The notes beneath the pieces are model-generated. The model was given only the letters and a program-made list of their open reading frames with translations. It ran no database searches and had not been told where the DNA came from. Of a DNA stretch of 64,000 nucleotides, positions 28,201 to 41,675 are shown piece after piece. Within the stretch, counting starts at the first letter, position 1, and each line of letters starts with the position of its first letter. Both the position numbers and the translations under genes were made by a program. This DNA comes from a virus (lineage: Duplodnaviria; Caudoviricetes). The stretch lies in IMG/VR virus record IMGVR_UViG_3300025723_000013; one strand, given 5' to 3'.

Positions 28201-31200
28201 ATTCCATAATTTAGTGGTGGGTGATATTGTTTCCATTAGAGGATTGGACAATGGAACCGATGGTGTTTATAAAGTTCTAGGAATTCCGTCACCAACTTCA
28301 TTTACAATCAGTTCTACACTGGTGCAGGTGCAGACTCCTACTGTGAGCGCACTGCTATATAAATTTATCAGTGTGAGAATCAATAGCTTTGATGATGTAT
28401 CTTTATTACAACAGTATGTAGATTTTAAAGATGGAGATAAAGTATGGGCTGACAGAGGAGATGCCTCAACTCCGTGGGCAGGATGGGAGGTATATCAAAA
28501 AACGTATAATTATTCTACCGCTAGCGATATCTCAGTTGGCGGAGTTGCGATTGGACAGCAATTTGCATATCAGATGGCAACTAGATATAATAACAATACA
28601 CTGGTGATATCTGCGCCCAGCTATTACGGAACAGCGGGTGCTAATGGAAACATTTATGTTCTTGATATTTCTAATATAAATCAGCCAATCACGGTAGCAA
28701 ATTTTTCTCTGTATCCCACATCAACAAATCCTAATTTGGAAACAGCATTAGGATTGGGTGCATCTTTGGCCTATGATGCAGAGCATGATATTGTACTGGC
28801 AGGAGCTCCTAATCAAAGTATTGTGCAATTTACAGGCATCAACAGATCTATAAACGCTAATACATCTACCGTTCAACTGTTTGATCTAACCAGTAAATCT
28901 GGATTTGGTAGATTTGGCAGCACTATTTTCCTGGCAGAAAATGGTGACCAATTTGGAAATAAAATTTTATTGGTTGCATCACCGGATGAACAAGGTGGAC
29001 CAATCTATGTATATGGGTTTAATGCAGCAAACAATACAGCTACTTTTGCATATACATTTACTCCTTTGAATGTGTTTCCTTATCATACAAGAGATTATGT
29101 AATCGCAGGCAATAGTAATGGAAGTACCATTGCAGTCGCCACTCTTGATCATACTTCTGGAAATAACGGTGTTGGAATTTACAACAGTGTAACTGGATTT
29201 CAGTATGCCACGCAGATATTAGATTCAGTATCTGGAGGATTTGGATCTGCGATGGCCATGTCATCCGATGGTATGTATTTGGTTGTATCAGCTCCATATA
29301 ACAATAATGGAATGGTGTTAGTTTACAAACTTCAAAATCATCAATATACAAAAGTTCAGGAAATATTAAATCCATCCATGGATAAAAATTTGTATTTTGG
29401 TACTGCAATTACCATTGACAATAGCGCAAATAAATTAATTATTTCATCAAGCGGAAAACAAAAATTCCAATTAACATTTGACAAAAATGGAACCACTTTT
29501 GATAATACCTCATTAACATTTTATGATTATATTGAAAATTCCGGCGTAGTTTCCATATACGAACGTAAAAATATCAATTTTGTTTTTTCCACAGAACTAA
29601 AAATTAATATAGATGCTGTCAATTCTTTAGGTGCCGGAAATAATTTTGGAAAATCGCTTGCAATTAACTCAAATAATATATTTGTAGGCGCTCCGGGGAT
29701 TAATGCATATAGCAGCGTTGGCAATGTGTATGCATTTACGGAATTGAATCCGCCTTCGTTGGGTTGGAAAACTTTAAGGCAGCAAGACTCATTAGTTGAT
29801 GTATCCAAGATAAATCGTGCAATTACCATTGATACTACAATTGATCAAGTGCAAAATTATTTAGATGTGATTGATCCTATCAAAGGCAGAATAGCAGGTA
29901 TTGCAGAACAAGAATTAACATATAAAACCCTGTATGATCCTGCAGTTTACAGCGTTGGAACACAACAGGTAGTTGTTGATACCAATACCAGTTGGATTGA
30001 AGATCACGTGGGCGAGCTTTGGTGGGATTTATCTACAGTAAAATACATTTGGTATGAACAAAGCGATTTAGAATATAGAAAAAATTCTTGGGGAAAAATC
30101 TTTCCAGGAGCAAGCGTAGATGTATATGAATGGGTCACTAGCAGTTATCTTCCTAGTCAGTGGAGTGCTCTTGCAGATACTCCTGATGGACTAGCCAAAG
30201 GAATAAGTGGACAACCCAAATATCCAGATAACAGTGTTGTGAGTGTCAAACAATACTATAATGGAGCCACTGGCGCGACTTCAAACATTTATTATTATTG
30301 GGTAAAAAATACAGTTGTTCTTCCTGCGCAGATTAATAGACGATTGTCTGCCAATGATGTTGCAAGTGCAATTTTTAATCCTGCAGGATATGGATTAGAA
30401 TTTGTTTCTATACTTTCTCCTAACGCACTTGCTGTTACAAATTTAATTTCAAATTTAATAGGAGACACTGTCAATCTAAATATTTCTCAAAATCTTATTA
30501 ATAATGATATCAAGAGACATACGGAATGGATACTGCTGGGCGAAGGAGTGGCTGCTGATCAGCCTACTACTCTTTTAAATAAAAAACTGATTGACAGTTT
30601 GGTTGGTCAGGATAGCCTGGGTAATCAAATACCTGATCCATTGCTCAGTGATAGACAAAAATACGGAATTGAAATACGTCCACGACAGAGTTTATTTGTT
30701 GATAGAAAAGCAGCCCTCAGAAACGCTATTGAATATGTCAATACCGTTACATCTCAGTACTTAATTACAGATATGATTGATTTTACACTGCTTAATTCCA
30801 AGCAAGAAATACCTGCGGTCTATCTAAATGAATACGATCAATTGGTAGACGTTTACGATGATTTGTTAGAAATAAAAACCAGTCTATTTTCGCCAGCAAT
30901 TCTGACCTGTAGCATCAGTACAGGTACTGGCACTGTTGGAACTATTTCTTCAGTGAATATAATTAATCCTGGATCATATTATGGAACATTGGTTCCTATA
31001 TATAGTTCAACAGGATCAATCTTAGCATATCAAGGTCCTACTGTACAAATTTATTCATCGGCAAATTCATTAGATATAAGCGGAGCTGTAATTACCACAC
31101 AGGTAAATGCTGCAGGTAGCATTATAACCGCAACAATTGTGAATCCTGGAAATAATTTTACAGTCAGTCCTATTCTCGCAGTGAGACCTTTCACAATTAT

Positions 31201-34200
31201 TGTTCAAAATGATGTTAATAGTGATAATCTCTGGGCCAAATATCAGTTGATAAACGGTACATTGAATAAAACTTTTACGCAAAGTTTTGATACTACAAAA
31301 TATTGGAATTACGTTAATTGGGTCAGTGCCGATTATGATCCAGTTAAACCATTAGCGGCAACCGTGGCCGAAACTTATCTACTTGCTTCTTTATCACTAA
31401 CACTTGGTGATTACGTTAAAGTTAATAATCAAGGAAATGGAAATTATATAATTTTGCAATATGTTGCTAGAAATGGAACGTTCAGTGATAATTTCAATCT
31501 GGTTTGCAGCGAAAATGGCACCATTAGATTCAGCGATGACTTATGGAACAGCGTAAACAATGAATATAATTTTGATTATCATTTTACTTACGATCAAACT
31601 TTATATGATCAAACGCCTGTTACAGAATTAATCAATATATTAAATGCTATAAAAAATAATATTTTTATAGGTGAATTATTAGTCTATTGGAATTATTTTT
31701 TCTTCAAGGCAGTCAAGTACGCCATGAGCGAACAATTATTTTTGGACTGGGCTTTTAAAACATCATTTATAAATGTTACAAATCTTGCCGGTTCCTTGGA
31801 TCAACGTCCGGTTTATAAATTTCAAAACAGTCAATATTATCAAGAATATATCCAAGAGGTAAAGCCATATCATACCAAGATAAGGAATTATCAAGTGGAA
31901 TATAGCGTGATAGATCCTAGTCAGACATACACTACTGATTTTGATCTGCCGTCTTTTTATAATACACTAACTCAGAAATTCACAGTTGCCAATCCAGGTG
32001 ATAGCATATTGAATTCCTATCCTTGGAAGGGATGGGCAAGTAATTACACTTTAAGCGTTGATAGTATTATTGTTGAAAATCCAGGAAGTGGATATACTTC
32101 TGTACCAACTGTTCAAATTATTCCTGCAATGGGTGATACCGGCGCTGGAGCAACTGCAGAAGCATCTATTTCTTTAGGAAAAGTGGTAGGTATAACTGTA
32201 ACCAATGGCGGAAGCGGGTATACCTCTACGCCTACAGTTTTAGTCGTAGGAGGCGGCTCAACTAATTTAACTTTGGCTTCTGCATATCCTGTAATGATTA
32301 ATAAAAAAGTAAGGAATGTTACCACAGAAATTAAATTTGATCGTGTTTCAGGAATTTCTGAAATCAGCACTTCTTCAGTGACTGATGTATTTTACTGTGA
32401 TGGAAACACATTGAAATTTCCTTTATCCTGGGCTGCTGAAAACAAAAAATCTAATATATCAATTAATGTTAATGGGCTTAGAGTATTGGCCACTGAATAT
32501 AATATAGTTACTTACAAACAATTAACTAACGGATATCAAAAGCTGTATTCAACCTTGATTTTAAATGTTGCTCCTCCTAACGCACATATATTAACAATAA
32601 CTTATAATAAAAATGTTGATTTGTATTACGCTGCTGACAGAATATCAGCATTTTATAGTCCTACTCCTGGAATGCCGGCAAATAATATTGCACTACTAAT
32701 GTCAGGAGTTGAATTTCCAGGAACGCAAATACAAGGTCTACCATTTTCTTATACAACAAACTGGGATGAAGCGCCGTTTGGTCAAACATTATATGGTGAT
32801 GATTCCGATTATTATATCACTAGCGGAGTTGCTGTAACTGCTTCTTCAGGAACATATCAATTGCAGGTAAACAGTATTGCTGGAATAACGCCGGGACTAT
32901 ATGTCAACACAGTTGCATTGACCACTTCAACGTTAAATGACAATAAATTTGGAATCAATAATGTCACTGTGATATCTGTCAATACAGCCGCATCAATAGT
33001 GACTTTTAGCACCTCCACTATTGAAACAATTATTGCCGGAACCGTAATGTTAGAATTCTGGGATTTTAACAAAACTTCAGGAATACTTGACACCGTTTTA
33101 GATGGCGGAGATCTAGGTTATACAACTGCTACCGGTACTGGGACTGCTGATATAATAGTTGACGCAGATAAATTTATCTCTGCTAATGTAAGCAACAGTC
33201 CTGAAGAACTAATCAATGGCAGTGTAAGTGACACATTGGGAATCAGTATTTTTACTAGAGATAATCCTGGAGTACCGTTAGTTACACAAACCTTCGATCA
33301 AATTAATCAGATAACGTCTACTTCTATTTTTAATTTGATAACACTTCCTCCCAATACTTCTTCGGTACTTGTTTCGTTTAATAATCGAGTATTAAACTAC
33401 GGCAATGATTACACTATTAATTTTAATAATCAAACATTAATTATTAATACACAAACCACCACCGGGTTGGTAGGTATTACTGCAATAAGTGCAGGAGGAA
33501 ATGGATATATTAATTTTAATTACATAGAGGCATCTAACACCAACACAATTAGTCTCAGTATTGGAATACCCAGCGAAATTGGCAGTTTATATGTTAGCCT
33601 AAACGGCGTGACATTAACTTCTTCGCAATATAGCTTAAATTCTCAAGGAGAGATAGTTGTAACAGGCCTGGATCCTGCGTCAGTTAATGTATTGCAGGCC
33701 TATGCGTTCTTGGGATCCTCATACAGTGTGGTGCATCAACAAACACATATTTTTAACGGTAGAGATACTGCGTTTGCAGTTTTGGCCTATCCAGGAAATA
33801 CATGGTCTCCAAATTCTCAGGCTATCGTGGAATATAATAACAGTATAATTCTAACTCCTCCTAATACTGTATACTATTCAATTAACAGTAATCAAACAAT
33901 ATTTTTAATTGACCCAAATAACAATTATCCTTCAGGCGCTTTTAGCTTAGGATCGCTCGAGGTATATGTAAATGGAGTTCAACTTAGAAACGGAATAGAT
34001 TTTATATTGAATCAAAGCGCCGATAGTATTCAGTTTAATAATGGATTTTTGCATACCGGTGATGTAATGGCCATCACTAACTATTCGTTTAGTGATTATT
34101 ATTTCAAATATGGAGGAATTGACATTACCAATCCTGCATATCACGGATATGGTAGTCAAATTAAAGTTGTTACATTTACAGATGCCACAGGATCATTGAT

Positions 34201-35335
34201 TAGAACAGAGGTATTTAAGAGCCATTCTTCTAGGCAATATAAAATAAGCAGAATCGCACTTAATCAAAATTATCTTTGGGTAACTATCGGCGGCTATCCT
34301 TTGATAAATGGGGTAGATTTTTATGTGGGTACTGATAATCAAACGATTATTATTAGAGATACATATCCGTTTGATGGTTCTCAAATGGTTTCTATAATGA
34401 GTATGGCCAATGTCACAGACACAGTGTCTTTAGGATATAGAGTTTTTACTGATCTACTGAATAAAACGCAATACAAGAGATTGAGTCAAAATAACACAAC
34501 GCAATTGGCACAAGATTTACAAATTACAGCAACTAATATTGTTGTACAGAATATATCTGGTTTAACTCCGCCAAATCCTGCACTAAGAACCAGTGGACTG
34601 ATATTAATTGAGGGAGAATTAATACAGTTTAATGGAATTTCTGGCAATACATTAACTGGAATCACTAGAGGAAGTTTTGGAACAGGATCTAAATCTATAT
34701 ACTATGCTGGAACTACTGTTTTAGATCAAGGATATAGGCAAAATCTTCCATATTCAGAATCCATTGTTCGCCAAGTGCTAACAGCTACAAATACCACATC
34801 TTACAGTATAAATGGGATATTGTTAACTACCGCTACTTCTATTAATCAGGTATCCATTTATTATGGAGGACAGTTGTTAAACAAGCAAGGGTATTATCAA
34901 CAAGATGCATCAGTTTGTTATGACGCTATTACTTCAAACATTATCGGTACAGTATCTACTTCAACCCTTCTTCCAGCTACCACTGTGCTAGGAACAGCTT
35001 ATCTAGTTTCGGGATCAAATCAAGTTTGGACCTATACTGCATCTAAACTTGCATCAGCTACGACCACAAATGGATATGTTTATAGCGGACTTATGTACGT
35101 TAATCCGCAATTTACAATCACAAATGTTATATCAAATGGAACAATCAGTACCGCGACTTTGATATTGAATCTTCCATCAATAACTCCAGGAATTTCAATA
35201 TCTGTTGTACAACGAACGGCAATTAATAATTTTTATGCCTCAACTACTACCTCATTACTAAATGATACCGGAATCGTAGCTAAAATTTTACAACTAAGTC
35301 CGGCCTTGTTGCCTGATAAATATTACTATGAATAA
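22232..35335 (+). CDS. Giant (4367 aa) baseplate/tail structural protein (gp7-like position), with propeller-type repeats
   Basis: Uninterrupted ORF after gp6; FG-GAP-like repeats ([36 protein letters not shown]) and (N/G)PGSGYTSxPTV repeats. Confidence 0.7.
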   Translation: MANTSTTIRKSVNLLPTYFQTNVNSKFLASTIDPLISVPELVRISGFVGSKLDVTYNSLTDVYISDSNSSNATSLRQKYQLQPALTMSDVDQNITKAYGFDDLVNQLGVYGANTKNFNKLFSPEVNAYDPHIDWDKFANFNQYYWLPVGPDPISISGQQQNTISTYAVTDSPDGHYFIFSPDGVTEDPLTTLYKGVTYVFNVNSQNTFYIKANNQSGDYAALTSQDGVINNGTSTGQIIFTVGDTLPGTLFYGSSNNDVVVGTFLIRPIQDNSSIDVDQDIVGKVTYKTANGIQFINGLKIQFVGNVTPSSYLNKTFIVEGVGKSITLVDFSTLVTPEMVGTIFDENFDATNFDDYPFDGNKTLPLTPDYITINRASRDLNPWTRYNRWFHADVITTTALANGNIPVLPSTGRAQRPIIEFEPNIQLYNFGTNAIIPVDIIDQTSADVFSTIEGSTGYTVDGVALTSGQRIIFLADTDSLVYGNVFEVTFVSINGQYVINLVETYSPVTGDGVSITQGDIGQGTQWWFNGSQWNSAQARSKLNSPPLFDLFDGSGNSFSDKTYYDSIFYGNQIFGYSIGKGADDLILGFPLNYYQNIGIEGSYLFENYFNNGSLSLLNGNQITTIQTSQTFLRVNQGSAGYSYENVWTAGAPYQLAVQQFQVAPAGTSTIPVTVFDNSSLITDLKISIFLDTIKLNTDAYTLTTASNGLSLNVNFVNTLTTVTNVLFNCYTSSNPNEKGTYEVPLNLTNNPLNGQIEQFTLSELSNHVQTMTQNDPDFLGLFPGESNLKSLPTANRYGTRLISNNNPLSFAQIFLTDIEHSLINATRAAASDYYQFKLNLLKLISQSDQFVTPGGILDQAIGLLIKNKNYTFPYSLSDMIPYGDNYVSKSYTVKDIRNIKYPLPSVFDITKLSNRAVLIYQNGNLLTYGIDYIFDPDNPSVTIIASLKKGDTINIVDYVSTVGSYVPPTPTKLGLYPSYAPLMYLDSSYVNGPVVVIQGHDGSLTVAYTKVADYNNKNIDFRDLALLEYEKRVFNNLKTQYDPDLLNINTVLPGVFRNNDYSYNEIYKLIEGDFINWTSAYNINFIDNAAYNPDYSKTYNFKSATDYIFNSVIPGNWRGMYKYYFDTERPDTCPWEMLGFTIKPIWWETEYGPGPYTSGNLNLWQDLEAGLIRQGNRAGVDMTYVRPGLSKIIPVDASGNTVDIRQWASLGQNGYINNPDQDWAFGDNGPAENAWRRSSLWPFAVQIACALAKPADYAAKMFDPSRLRKDVTGQYKYGPNSLFLSPSNVSLFTDVDSSGNTILSAGYSVWVIEHGKKRSATYLSSLKQDLSFLDFNLFYKIGGFTDKNQLEIVIDSVSPNTVAPGVLFPGNDYTLFFNVSNPIRSVSISGIIIEKKNGQFLIKGYDKQNPFFTINAPIHQTNDTIVSVGGKSPPFLNWAENTLYIAGQYIKYNNTFYTVSNTINSGTAFNPTDYIKLSQLPTIGGATVLGTFNYSFNDTIIPYGTYFSTLQEVYDLIVGYGQYLVRQGFVFNEYNSNLGVTLDWFFSGKEFLYWTTQNWADGSVITVSPFADKIQYKFTNAAVDSVLDSFYNYSLLNASGNAFPYQNIGVSREDGICSISTVNTTDGLYFARLNLVQKEHTIVMKNKSMFGDIVYDIETGYRQARILLSGFVTGKWNGNYLSPGFVYDDVSVSNWKAYIDYRVSDVVKYNGQFYSANQNITGSSTFVLTQWDVLGSAPVAQLLPNFEYQINQFQDFYSLDVNNFNATQQQLAQHLTGYTPRQYLTNIFIDPVAQYKFYQGFIREKGTYNSIEKLAKASIHNLQGQIKYDEEWAFRVGSYGNYLSYDQLEFPLDEANFVENSQIIQFVDTVPVVPFDPISYITPAQVSIKPNNYSSNNVFATINSSTYTNTNFVLPVAGYVRTDDVTATAYNIGSLLDIANNNLLNDGNTIWIGFTSNSDWDVFRYTKQMAKVIGTQISIPATSLLFITDSFHNLVVGDIVSIRGLDNGTDGVYKVLGIPSPTSFTISSTLVQVQTPTVSALLYKFISVRINSFDDVSLLQQYVDFKDGDKVWADRGDASTPWAGWEVYQKTYNYSTASDISVGGVAIGQQFAYQMATRYNNNTLVISAPSYYGTAGANGNIYVLDISNINQPITVANFSLYPTSTNPNLETALGLGASLAYDAEHDIVLAGAPNQSIVQFTGINRSINANTSTVQLFDLTSKSGFGRFGSTIFLAENGDQFGNKILLVASPDEQGGPIYVYGFNAANNTATFAYTFTPLNVFPYHTRDYVIAGNSNGSTIAVATLDHTSGNNGVGIYNSVTGFQYATQILDSVSGGFGSAMAMSSDGMYLVVSAPYNNNGMVLVYKLQNHQYTKVQEILNPSMDKNLYFGTAITIDNSANKLIISSSGKQKFQLTFDKNGTTFDNTSLTFYDYIENSGVVSIYERKNINFVFSTELKINIDAVNSLGAGNNFGKSLAINSNNIFVGAPGINAYSSVGNVYAFTELNPPSLGWKTLRQQDSLVDVSKINRAITIDTTIDQVQNYLDVIDPIKGRIAGIAEQELTYKTLYDPAVYSVGTQQVVVDTNTSWIEDHVGELWWDLSTVKYIWYEQSDLEYRKNSWGKIFPGASVDVYEWVTSSYLPSQWSALADTPDGLAKGISGQPKYPDNSVVSVKQYYNGATGATSNIYYYWVKNTVVLPAQINRRLSANDVASAIFNPAGYGLEFVSILSPNALAVTNLISNLIGDTVNLNISQNLINNDIKRHTEWILLGEGVAADQPTTLLNKKLIDSLVGQDSLGNQIPDPLLSDRQKYGIEIRPRQSLFVDRKAALRNAIEYVNTVTSQYLITDMIDFTLLNSKQEIPAVYLNEYDQLVDVYDDLLEIKTSLFSPAILTCSISTGTGTVGTISSVNIINPGSYYGTLVPIYSSTGSILAYQGPTVQIYSSANSLDISGAVITTQVNAAGSIITATIVNPGNNFTVSPILAVRPFTIIVQNDVNSDNLWAKYQLINGTLNKTFTQSFDTTKYWNYVNWVSADYDPVKPLAATVAETYLLASLSLTLGDYVKVNNQGNGNYIILQYVARNGTFSDNFNLVCSENGTIRFSDDLWNSVNNEYNFDYHFTYDQTLYDQTPVTELINILNAIKNNIFIGELLVYWNYFFFKAVKYAMSEQLFLDWAFKTSFINVTNLAGSLDQRPVYKFQNSQYYQEYIQEVKPYHTKIRNYQVEYSVIDPSQTYTTDFDLPSFYNTLTQKFTVANPGDSILNSYPWKGWASNYTLSVDSIIVENPGSGYTSVPTVQIIPAMGDTGAGATAEASISLGKVVGITVTNGGSGYTSTPTVLVVGGGSTNLTLASAYPVMINKKVRNVTTEIKFDRVSGISEISTSSVTDVFYCDGNTLKFPLSWAAENKKSNISINVNGLRVLATEYNIVTYKQLTNGYQKLYSTLILNVAPPNAHILTITYNKNVDLYYAADRISAFYSPTPGMPANNIALLMSGVEFPGTQIQGLPFSYTTNWDEAPFGQTLYGDDSDYYITSGVAVTASSGTYQLQVNSIAGITPGLYVNTVALTTSTLNDNKFGINNVTVISVNTAASIVTFSTSTIETIIAGTVMLEFWDFNKTSGILDTVLDGGDLGYTTATGTGTADIIVDADKFISANVSNSPEELINGSVSDTLGISIFTRDNPGVPLVTQTFDQINQITSTSIFNLITLPPNTSSVLVSFNNRVLNYGNDYTINFNNQTLIINTQTTTGLVGITAISAGGNGYINFNYIEASNTNTISLSIGIPSEIGSLYVSLNGVTLTSSQYSLNSQGEIVVTGLDPASVNVLQAYAFLGSSYSVVHQQTHIFNGRDTAFAVLAYPGNTWSPNSQAIVEYNNSIILTPPNTVYYSINSNQTIFLIDPNNNYPSGAFSLGSLEVYVNGVQLRNGIDFILNQSADSIQFNNGFLHTGDVMAITNYSFSDYYFKYGGIDITNPAYHGYGSQIKVVTFTDATGSLIRTEVFKSHSSRQYKISRIALNQNYLWVTIGGYPLINGVDFYVGTDNQTIIIRDTYPFDGSQMVSIMSMANVTDTVSLGYRVFTDLLNKTQYKRLSQNNTTQLAQDLQITATNIVVQNISGLTPPNPALRTSGLILIEGELIQFNGISGNTLTGITRGSFGTGSKSIYYAGTTVLDQGYRQNLPYSESIVRQVLTATNTTSYSINGILLTTATSINQVSIYYGGQLLNKQGYYQQDASVCYDAITSNIIGTVSTSTLLPATTVLGTAYLVSGSNQVWTYTASKLASATTTNGYVYSGLMYVNPQFTITNVISNGTISTATLILNLPSITPGISISVVQRTAINNFYASTTTSLLNDTGIVAKILQLSPALLPDKYYYE

Positions 35336-35996
35336 TAATGAGAAAAATAAAATGACGGAAAACATGCAAAAAAATCCTAAAACTGCTGACAAACCTAATG
35401 AATTGGGGTCAATCAGAGTGCAAGGACACATTAAAATCTTTGATCCAGAAACCAAAGAAATATACGTAGATAAAAGAAACGCTATCAACTACGAAAATTT
35501 CTCAATAGCTTTGGCCAACGGCGTTGCGAATTTGAATCAAAGTTTTATCTCGGAAATGGCTTTTGGTAATGGAGGATCACGTATTGATCCTACTGGAATT
35601 ATTACCTATTTAACTCCAAACACAGTTGGATCTAATGCGGCACTTTATAATCAAACTTATTTCAAGGTAATTGATGCCAGTAACCCATTTGATATAGATC
35701 CGGCAAGAAATTTTATGGAAGTAAGACATACTCCCGGAACCTATTATTCTGATGTAATTGTAAGTTGTCTTTTAGATTTTGGAGAACCAAACGGTCAGTC
35801 AGCGTTTGACACAGCAGCCAATCAAAGTAGTCCTTATGTTTTTGACGAATTAGGACTTAGGGGTTACGGACCAAATGGGCAAAATACCGGTCCTTTATTA
35901 ACGCATGTAATTTTCCATCCAGTGCAAAAAGCATTAAACAGATTGATACAAATAGATTATACTGTCAGAATACAAAGTCTGACTAGCGGAAGTTAA
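35328..35996 (+). CDS. Conserved structural protein (baseplate/fibre attachment region)
   Basis: GHIKIFDP...KRNAINYEN...FDELGL...[26 protein letters not shown]; ATAAATA at 35316-35322. Confidence 0.6.
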   Translation: MNNNEKNKMTENMQKNPKTADKPNELGSIRVQGHIKIFDPETKEIYVDKRNAINYENFSIALANGVANLNQSFISEMAFGNGGSRIDPTGIITYLTPNTVGSNAALYNQTYFKVIDASNPFDIDPARNFMEVRHTPGTYYSDVIVSCLLDFGEPNGQSAFDTAANQSSPYVFDELGLRGYGPNGQNTGPLLTHVIFHPVQKALNRLIQIDYTVRIQSLTSGS

Positions 35997-35998
35997 TT

Positions 35999-36775
35999 AT
36001 GCCATACGTTGTGAACAGATCAACATCCACTAATCCCCCAATCATCATTCCTGATGGAACTGCCAATGTTGCCGACACTAGTTTAACTTTGGTAGGTAGA
36101 AATTATCCAAATTATGGGCAGGCTTTTGCTCAAAATTTTGTTTATCTACTTGAAAATTTTGCAAGCCCTAACGCTCCTACAGATGCAATACAAGGACAAC
36201 TGTGGTATGATTCTGCACATGCAAAGTTAAGATATTTTGACGGATTGCTGTGGAATCCGGTTAATGTTGCTTATGTAACTACGTCAGCTGGGCGCGATGC
36301 ATCAATACCTAACCCTCAGTATGGCGATCTTGCTGTGCTATATGATACTGCTCAAATACAAGTTTTTACCAATTCCGGACCATACGGTAGTTGGCAGTCG
36401 CCGTCAACTGCTTTAAATGCCGGATCAATTACTTCGTTAAATCCTGAAAATGTTACCACTCAATTATCGGGTTTAATTCCTGTTGTAGATTTTGGTGGTC
36501 AAATTTTTAATACAACAAAATTAAATTTTTTAGGTGATGTTTATCCATCGCTGGTACAAACCGGTATGATAGTATTATGGCCAATGGCTATAAGTACGGT
36601 GCCGTCGGGATGGTTGCCTTGCAATGGATTATCATATCCATTTTCAAGTTACCTAAATTTGTACAATGTCATAGGAACAACGTATGGAAATCCGTATCCT
36701 AATTATTTCTCCGTTCCTAATTTAATCGGACCAACAACTGGTACCAACACTTTACTTTACATAATCAAGACCTAA
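35999..36775 (+). CDS. Short tail fibre protein with tail-collar domain (paralog 1)
   Basis: Shared N-module TSLTLVGRNYPNYG...LLENFA...GQLWYD; C-terminal WP...VPSGWLPCNG...LYNVIGTTYG...FSVPNL collar. Confidence 0.75.
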   Translation: MPYVVNRSTSTNPPIIIPDGTANVADTSLTLVGRNYPNYGQAFAQNFVYLLENFASPNAPTDAIQGQLWYDSAHAKLRYFDGLLWNPVNVAYVTTSAGRDASIPNPQYGDLAVLYDTAQIQVFTNSGPYGSWQSPSTALNAGSITSLNPENVTTQLSGLIPVVDFGGQIFNTTKLNFLGDVYPSLVQTGMIVLWPMAISTVPSGWLPCNGLSYPFSSYLNLYNVIGTTYGNPYPNYFSVPNLIGPTTGTNTLLYIIKT

Positions 36776-36779
36776 CACT

Positions 36780-38705
36780 ATGTCATATACAATAATTAAT
36801 TCAGATGGTACAGTTTTATTAACACTTGCTGATGGAACAATAGATCAGAACGCTACAAGTTTAACGTTGATTGGAAAAAATGTTAATTCTTATGGACAGT
36901 ATTACAATGATAATCTTGTGGCCATGCTTGAAAATTTTGCTACCAATGGAATACAACCTAGAAGTCCTTTAGTTGGTCAGCTGTGGTATAATAAGAGTAA
37001 TGGTCGACTCTATGCCTATACTCCTTTTAATACATTTAATCCGGTTGGCATCCCTGCTGTTTCCCCTAGTCAGCCTGTGGCTCCTAGTATTGGGGATTTT
37101 TGGATTGATAGCATAAACAAACAATTGTATTTTACAACAGATGGCTTAAATTTTACCTTGGCCGGACCACCTAATTCAATTAATTCAGCAACCATTAGGA
37201 ATGGATGGTATGTTGATTCAATTATAGACAATGCCAGTAATTCTAGGTTAGTGGCCAGTTTATACAACAATAACAGTTTATTAGCAGTAGCATCATCTGC
37301 AACATTTACCTTTGGCACAAATTTTAATGGGATGAATTCTACCAATGTGGGCATAACATTAAATCCCGCCATTCAAGGCAATATGTTTAATGGTATGGCT
37401 AGCAGTGCGCTTACTGCTAATACCGTGAACACAGTGAGTCAAAGTTATGTATTGCTGTCATCAAACAGTATAAATCAAACTATAACCGGCCCACTGACTC
37501 TTCAAGGACGACTGCAGGCTTTAGATTCTAACGGAATTAGTGCAGGAACCAGCGGCGAAATTTCGATCACTACGCTGCCAAATGGATATGCCTATCTAAG
37601 CAGCAACGCACAAGATAATCTATTATATGTTAGAGTCACTAGCAGTTTAGTAGGCGGATATATTAATGCCATGGTCGTTAATCCCAACGATAACTCTGCA
37701 AATACTGCCACAATTACATTTTTTCCAGGATCAAATAGTTCGCAAGTGACATTTGCAGGAAATGCAGTAGTTTCTGCAAATCTAACAGTAAATGGGACCT
37801 TGACCAATCTTAATTCCACAAATGTCAACATAAAAAGTAAAATACTATCGCTGGCCACAGGTCAATCGGTTCCTAGTGATAATTTTGCCAATGGTGGAGG
37901 AATTACGCTAGTTGGATCAACCAACCATACTATATCCTGGACCACTTCTTCCGGAAAAGCCTGGCAAGTGTCAGATAATTTTAATTTGATATCGTCAACC
38001 GGAACTTATCTAGTAGGCGGAAATCCGGTATTAACATCTTCAACATTAGCATCGGGGGTTTCTTCCGCTCCTGGGTTAACAAGTTTAGGAACACTAAAAT
38101 ATCTTACTGTAACAAATATAACCATTACCTCTAGCACCATCTCAACAACTTCGTCCGGTGCGGCGGCAAATTTGTATCTAAGTCCTGTAAATGGCGGAAC
38201 GGTTGATGTTTTAGGTAATAAAATAACTACCTTATCGACTTGTACCAATCCGTCTGATGCTGCCAATAAGTACTACGTTGATAATATTTTTGCCAAGGTA
38301 GGAGCCAGAGGATATGCATTTAGCATGGATATCACTGCCATGTCCAATCCGCCAAGAAATATCATAGGATATCTAAATGCTGTGTTGCCTATAACCAATA
38401 GTGATTCAACCTATAATTTAACCACAGGAACTTTTGCCAATGTCCTGTGTTCAACTAGTACTGCATATATTCCTAGTCAACCTATAACGGTAAATCAAAC
38501 CGGGGCAGTTACAGTGTTTGATACTAACGGAGTACAACAATCTGTATTAACTGGGGTAGGAGCAACTCTTCCTGCCATTAGTTCAACACAACAAAATCCA
38601 ATTATTACCATAGCATATAGTGTTTTAAAATTCCAAATTCTTGCAGGCCCGTCAGGATTGGCATGGACCTATCAGGGAGTAGTACCTGTAGTGCCAACAA
38701 ATTAA
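36780..38705 (+). CDS. Tail fibre protein (paralog 2)
   Basis: Same N-module (TSLTLIGKN...MLENFA...GQLWYN); DAANKYYVD fibre motif. Confidence 0.7.
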   Translation: MSYTIINSDGTVLLTLADGTIDQNATSLTLIGKNVNSYGQYYNDNLVAMLENFATNGIQPRSPLVGQLWYNKSNGRLYAYTPFNTFNPVGIPAVSPSQPVAPSIGDFWIDSINKQLYFTTDGLNFTLAGPPNSINSATIRNGWYVDSIIDNASNSRLVASLYNNNSLLAVASSATFTFGTNFNGMNSTNVGITLNPAIQGNMFNGMASSALTANTVNTVSQSYVLLSSNSINQTITGPLTLQGRLQALDSNGISAGTSGEISITTLPNGYAYLSSNAQDNLLYVRVTSSLVGGYINAMVVNPNDNSANTATITFFPGSNSSQVTFAGNAVVSANLTVNGTLTNLNSTNVNIKSKILSLATGQSVPSDNFANGGGITLVGSTNHTISWTTSSGKAWQVSDNFNLISSTGTYLVGGNPVLTSSTLASGVSSAPGLTSLGTLKYLTVTNITITSSTISTTSSGAAANLYLSPVNGGTVDVLGNKITTLSTCTNPSDAANKYYVDNIFAKVGARGYAFSMDITAMSNPPRNIIGYLNAVLPITNSDSTYNLTTGTFANVLCSTSTAYIPSQPITVNQTGAVTVFDTNGVQQSVLTGVGATLPAISSTQQNPIITIAYSVLKFQILAGPSGLAWTYQGVVPVVPTN

Positions 38706-38723
38706 TATTAAAAGGAATTCAAC

Positions 38724-40136
38724 ATGCCATATACAATTACTTTAACCGACGGAGCGACACTTACAACAATTCCTGACGGACATTATGATAACACTACAAG
38801 TTTGACTCTTCCTGGAAAAAATCTTTCAGGGTATGGGCAAATACAAAATGAAAATTTTATATATTTGCTAGAAAATTTTGCAAATACCTCTGCACCGGCG
38901 GGTCAATTACTAACTGGACAACTTTGGTTTAATAAAACTACCAATTCCTTAAACGTATACAATAACAGCAACTGGCAGCCGTTGTCGGTGATATCGACCA
39001 ATCAATCTGTTGCTTCAAACTTTGGAAATTTTTGGTATGATACTGTAAATAATCAATTGTCAATCAATACAGGATCTGGTTTTACCGTAATTGGGCCGGA
39101 ACAAGTTCCTGGCTACGGAACAACACGATTGATTTCAACACAATTAACCGATATCAATAATAATAATTATGCTGTTATTGAATGTTTGGTTAATAATGTT
39201 GTTGTTGCCATTATTAGTCAACGCGCATTTACACTTAGTAATGCAGTTAATCCTATCGCAGGTTTCGCCAATATCTCAAATGGCATCACCTTATCGGCTA
39301 CTTCCATACTATCAGGATTGAGTTCGTCGGCTACCAATGCGTCTTTACTATTAAGTTCGGATCAAACTCAATACATTCCTGCATCAACTATAGCATATAG
39401 TAATACTATTGTACAAAGAGATACGCAAGGTAATATTTCAATAAATGGATTGGCTACAAACGCTACCAACGGCATTATATATGGATCCTGGCAGGCTGAT
39501 ACCGGAATATCTCCCACTGTAAATGGAGGATCTAATTTAGGATCATCTTCTTTACAATGGGGATCCGTTTACGCTCAAGCCGTTAATTCTACAGTTGTTA
39601 CTGCTGGAACAGTCAATGTAGGTACTGTTAATTTTTCAGCGTTGATTGATCAATTTTCTACTCTTGTGAATAAATTTGATAAAGATAAAACTCTTTCGGC
39701 AAATTCTGATGTAAATGTTCCTACACAAAAAGCAGTAAAAAATTATGTTGACACTCAAATCAGCCAGGTCAGCTTGCAACAAGGACCTACTGGATATACT
39801 GGATCAGTTGGTCAACCCGGAAATACTGGATATACACAAAGTTTATCTCCAAATGGATACACTAAACTTCCTAATGGTATGATTATGCAATGGGGCACCG
39901 CCAATAATTTATCCAATCCTATATTAGGAAATAGCAATTATGGTCCTTTTACTTTTTATACTCCGTTTACTACAGCTTGTGTTCATGTAGGCGTAAGTTT
40001 GCTGTTGAGCAATGGAAAACCTGCACAAATCGCAGCCAGTGCATCTGCTTTTGGTACAAATCAATTTTATGTTGCTACAGGAACAGGCAGTGGAGCAAAT
40101 GCAAATGGGTATACCTACTTTGCAATTGGATACTAA
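38724..40136 (+). CDS. Tail fibre protein (paralog 3)
   Basis: Same N-module; PTQKAVKNYVD, six Gly-X-Y triplets and C-terminal GYTKLPNGMIMQWG fibre-tip domain. Confidence 0.75.
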   Translation: MPYTITLTDGATLTTIPDGHYDNTTSLTLPGKNLSGYGQIQNENFIYLLENFANTSAPAGQLLTGQLWFNKTTNSLNVYNNSNWQPLSVISTNQSVASNFGNFWYDTVNNQLSINTGSGFTVIGPEQVPGYGTTRLISTQLTDINNNNYAVIECLVNNVVVAIISQRAFTLSNAVNPIAGFANISNGITLSATSILSGLSSSATNASLLLSSDQTQYIPASTIAYSNTIVQRDTQGNISINGLATNATNGIIYGSWQADTGISPTVNGGSNLGSSSLQWGSVYAQAVNSTVVTAGTVNVGTVNFSALIDQFSTLVNKFDKDKTLSANSDVNVPTQKAVKNYVDTQISQVSLQQGPTGYTGSVGQPGNTGYTQSLSPNGYTKLPNGMIMQWGTANNLSNPILGNSNYGPFTFYTPFTTACVHVGVSLLLSNGKPAQIAASASAFGTNQFYVATGTGSGANANGYTYFAIGY

Positions 40137-40154
40137 AAGGAGTAAATATAGCTA

Positions 40155-41675
40155 ATGCCTTATATATTAAAAAATTCAAACGGAACTACGTTGACTACGG
40201 TTGCTGATGGATCAGTAAACAATAGTACCTCATTGACGTTTGTGGGCAGAAATTATGCAGGATATGGTCAAATTTTAGATCAAAATCTTCTATACCTATT
40301 ACAAAATTTTTCAAATAATACCAGCCCTAATAATCCCATACAAGGTCAGTTATGGTTTAATTCGTCTGCTGCTAATGAAAATCTAAATGTTTACGATGGC
40401 AGCAAATTTAGACAAATTCCAATAATTGATTTGCAACCGGGTACAAATGCCATTGGCAATTTTTATTTCAATACTGCTACCAATACCTTAAATATTATAG
40501 ATCCAGGCGGTTTGTCTCAGACTATTCAATATGCGGCTTCAAGCGGAAATATTGGATCGGCAGTAGTCACAATATCAGATAGCGCAAATACAGTTCATTC
40601 GGTTTTAGCAACACAATTTAATGGATTAATTGTGTCTGTACAATCCGCTAATTCATTTTTAGTTAACACCTCTGATCCTTTATATGCGGCTTTTCCTTAC
40701 GTTACTTCTGGAATTACCTTAGCAAACGCACCCTTGGCTTCTAATTTAGGAATTATGATTCCTTATTCAGGAAATCTCATTTGGGGATCAGCATCAAATT
40801 CAATTACTGCTAATAAATTGCAAGTTACCTCAAACGGCGCGATATCATATCTATCAGCATCAGTAAACACATCAACCAACAGTATTGCAGCCAGAGACAG
40901 TAGTGGTAATTTATATGCTAACACATTCGTTGGAAATTTAATAGGAACAGTAATAAATGGTCAAGGCGGTGTAGCTGCCAATTCCGTACAAAACGGAGTA
41001 AATTCAATGATCTTTAATTGGGTGGGTGGAACTAATGGCAGCCCATCATACATATGGGGATCAAATACCAGCACATCTGCATATGCCTGGCCGGCTGGTA
41101 ATACCACAGTTGGTTTTGCAAATACAGCTTCGTATGCACTTTCAGTCAATCAAAATGCAAGTAACAGTTGGGCTGCTCCGCAGATATTTTACAACTCTGC
41201 AAATTTTATATCAGCAGTAACTTTTCAAAATTCTTCAAATGTTGCATTTACAGGGCAAACAATTTTTAGCAATCAAACACAGTTTGCTCCAAGTAAATTT
41301 ACGCTTATCAACGATGGAGCTGCCACGAATCCCACATACTACGGAATAGGATTTAAAGAAATTCCTCAGAATGTAAAATTAAATAATTATTCAACTGTGT
41401 CAAGCGATTCTGGAAAACATCTTCTTTTCTCCGCAAACATCGCAGCGACATTTACTATAGACGATGCAACAGTGAATTATAATTTTGGCACAGTGATTAC
41501 ATTTGTTAATATGGGTACCGCTAATCTTACCATTGTGTTAAATGGTACCGGATCTGCTCTTTATCTAACCGGTGCAGGCACGCCAGGATCAAGAACTCTT
41601 GCGCCATATGGTGTAGCTACCGCTATGAAAATTGGCACACTTCAATGGATCATGTCTGGATCAGGATTGAGTTAA
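40155..41675 (+). CDS. Tail fibre protein (paralog 4)
   Basis: Same N-module; SIAARDSSGNLYA fibre motif; distinct C-terminal domain. Confidence 0.7.
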   Translation: MPYILKNSNGTTLTTVADGSVNNSTSLTFVGRNYAGYGQILDQNLLYLLQNFSNNTSPNNPIQGQLWFNSSAANENLNVYDGSKFRQIPIIDLQPGTNAIGNFYFNTATNTLNIIDPGGLSQTIQYAASSGNIGSAVVTISDSANTVHSVLATQFNGLIVSVQSANSFLVNTSDPLYAAFPYVTSGITLANAPLASNLGIMIPYSGNLIWGSASNSITANKLQVTSNGAISYLSASVNTSTNSIAARDSSGNLYANTFVGNLIGTVINGQGGVAANSVQNGVNSMIFNWVGGTNGSPSYIWGSNTSTSAYAWPAGNTTVGFANTASYALSVNQNASNSWAAPQIFYNSANFISAVTFQNSSNVAFTGQTIFSNQTQFAPSKFTLINDGAATNPTYYGIGFKEIPQNVKLNNYSTVSSDSGKHLLFSANIAATFTIDDATVNYNFGTVITFVNMGTANLTIVLNGTGSALYLTGAGTPGSRTLAPYGVATAMKIGTLQWIMSGSGLS

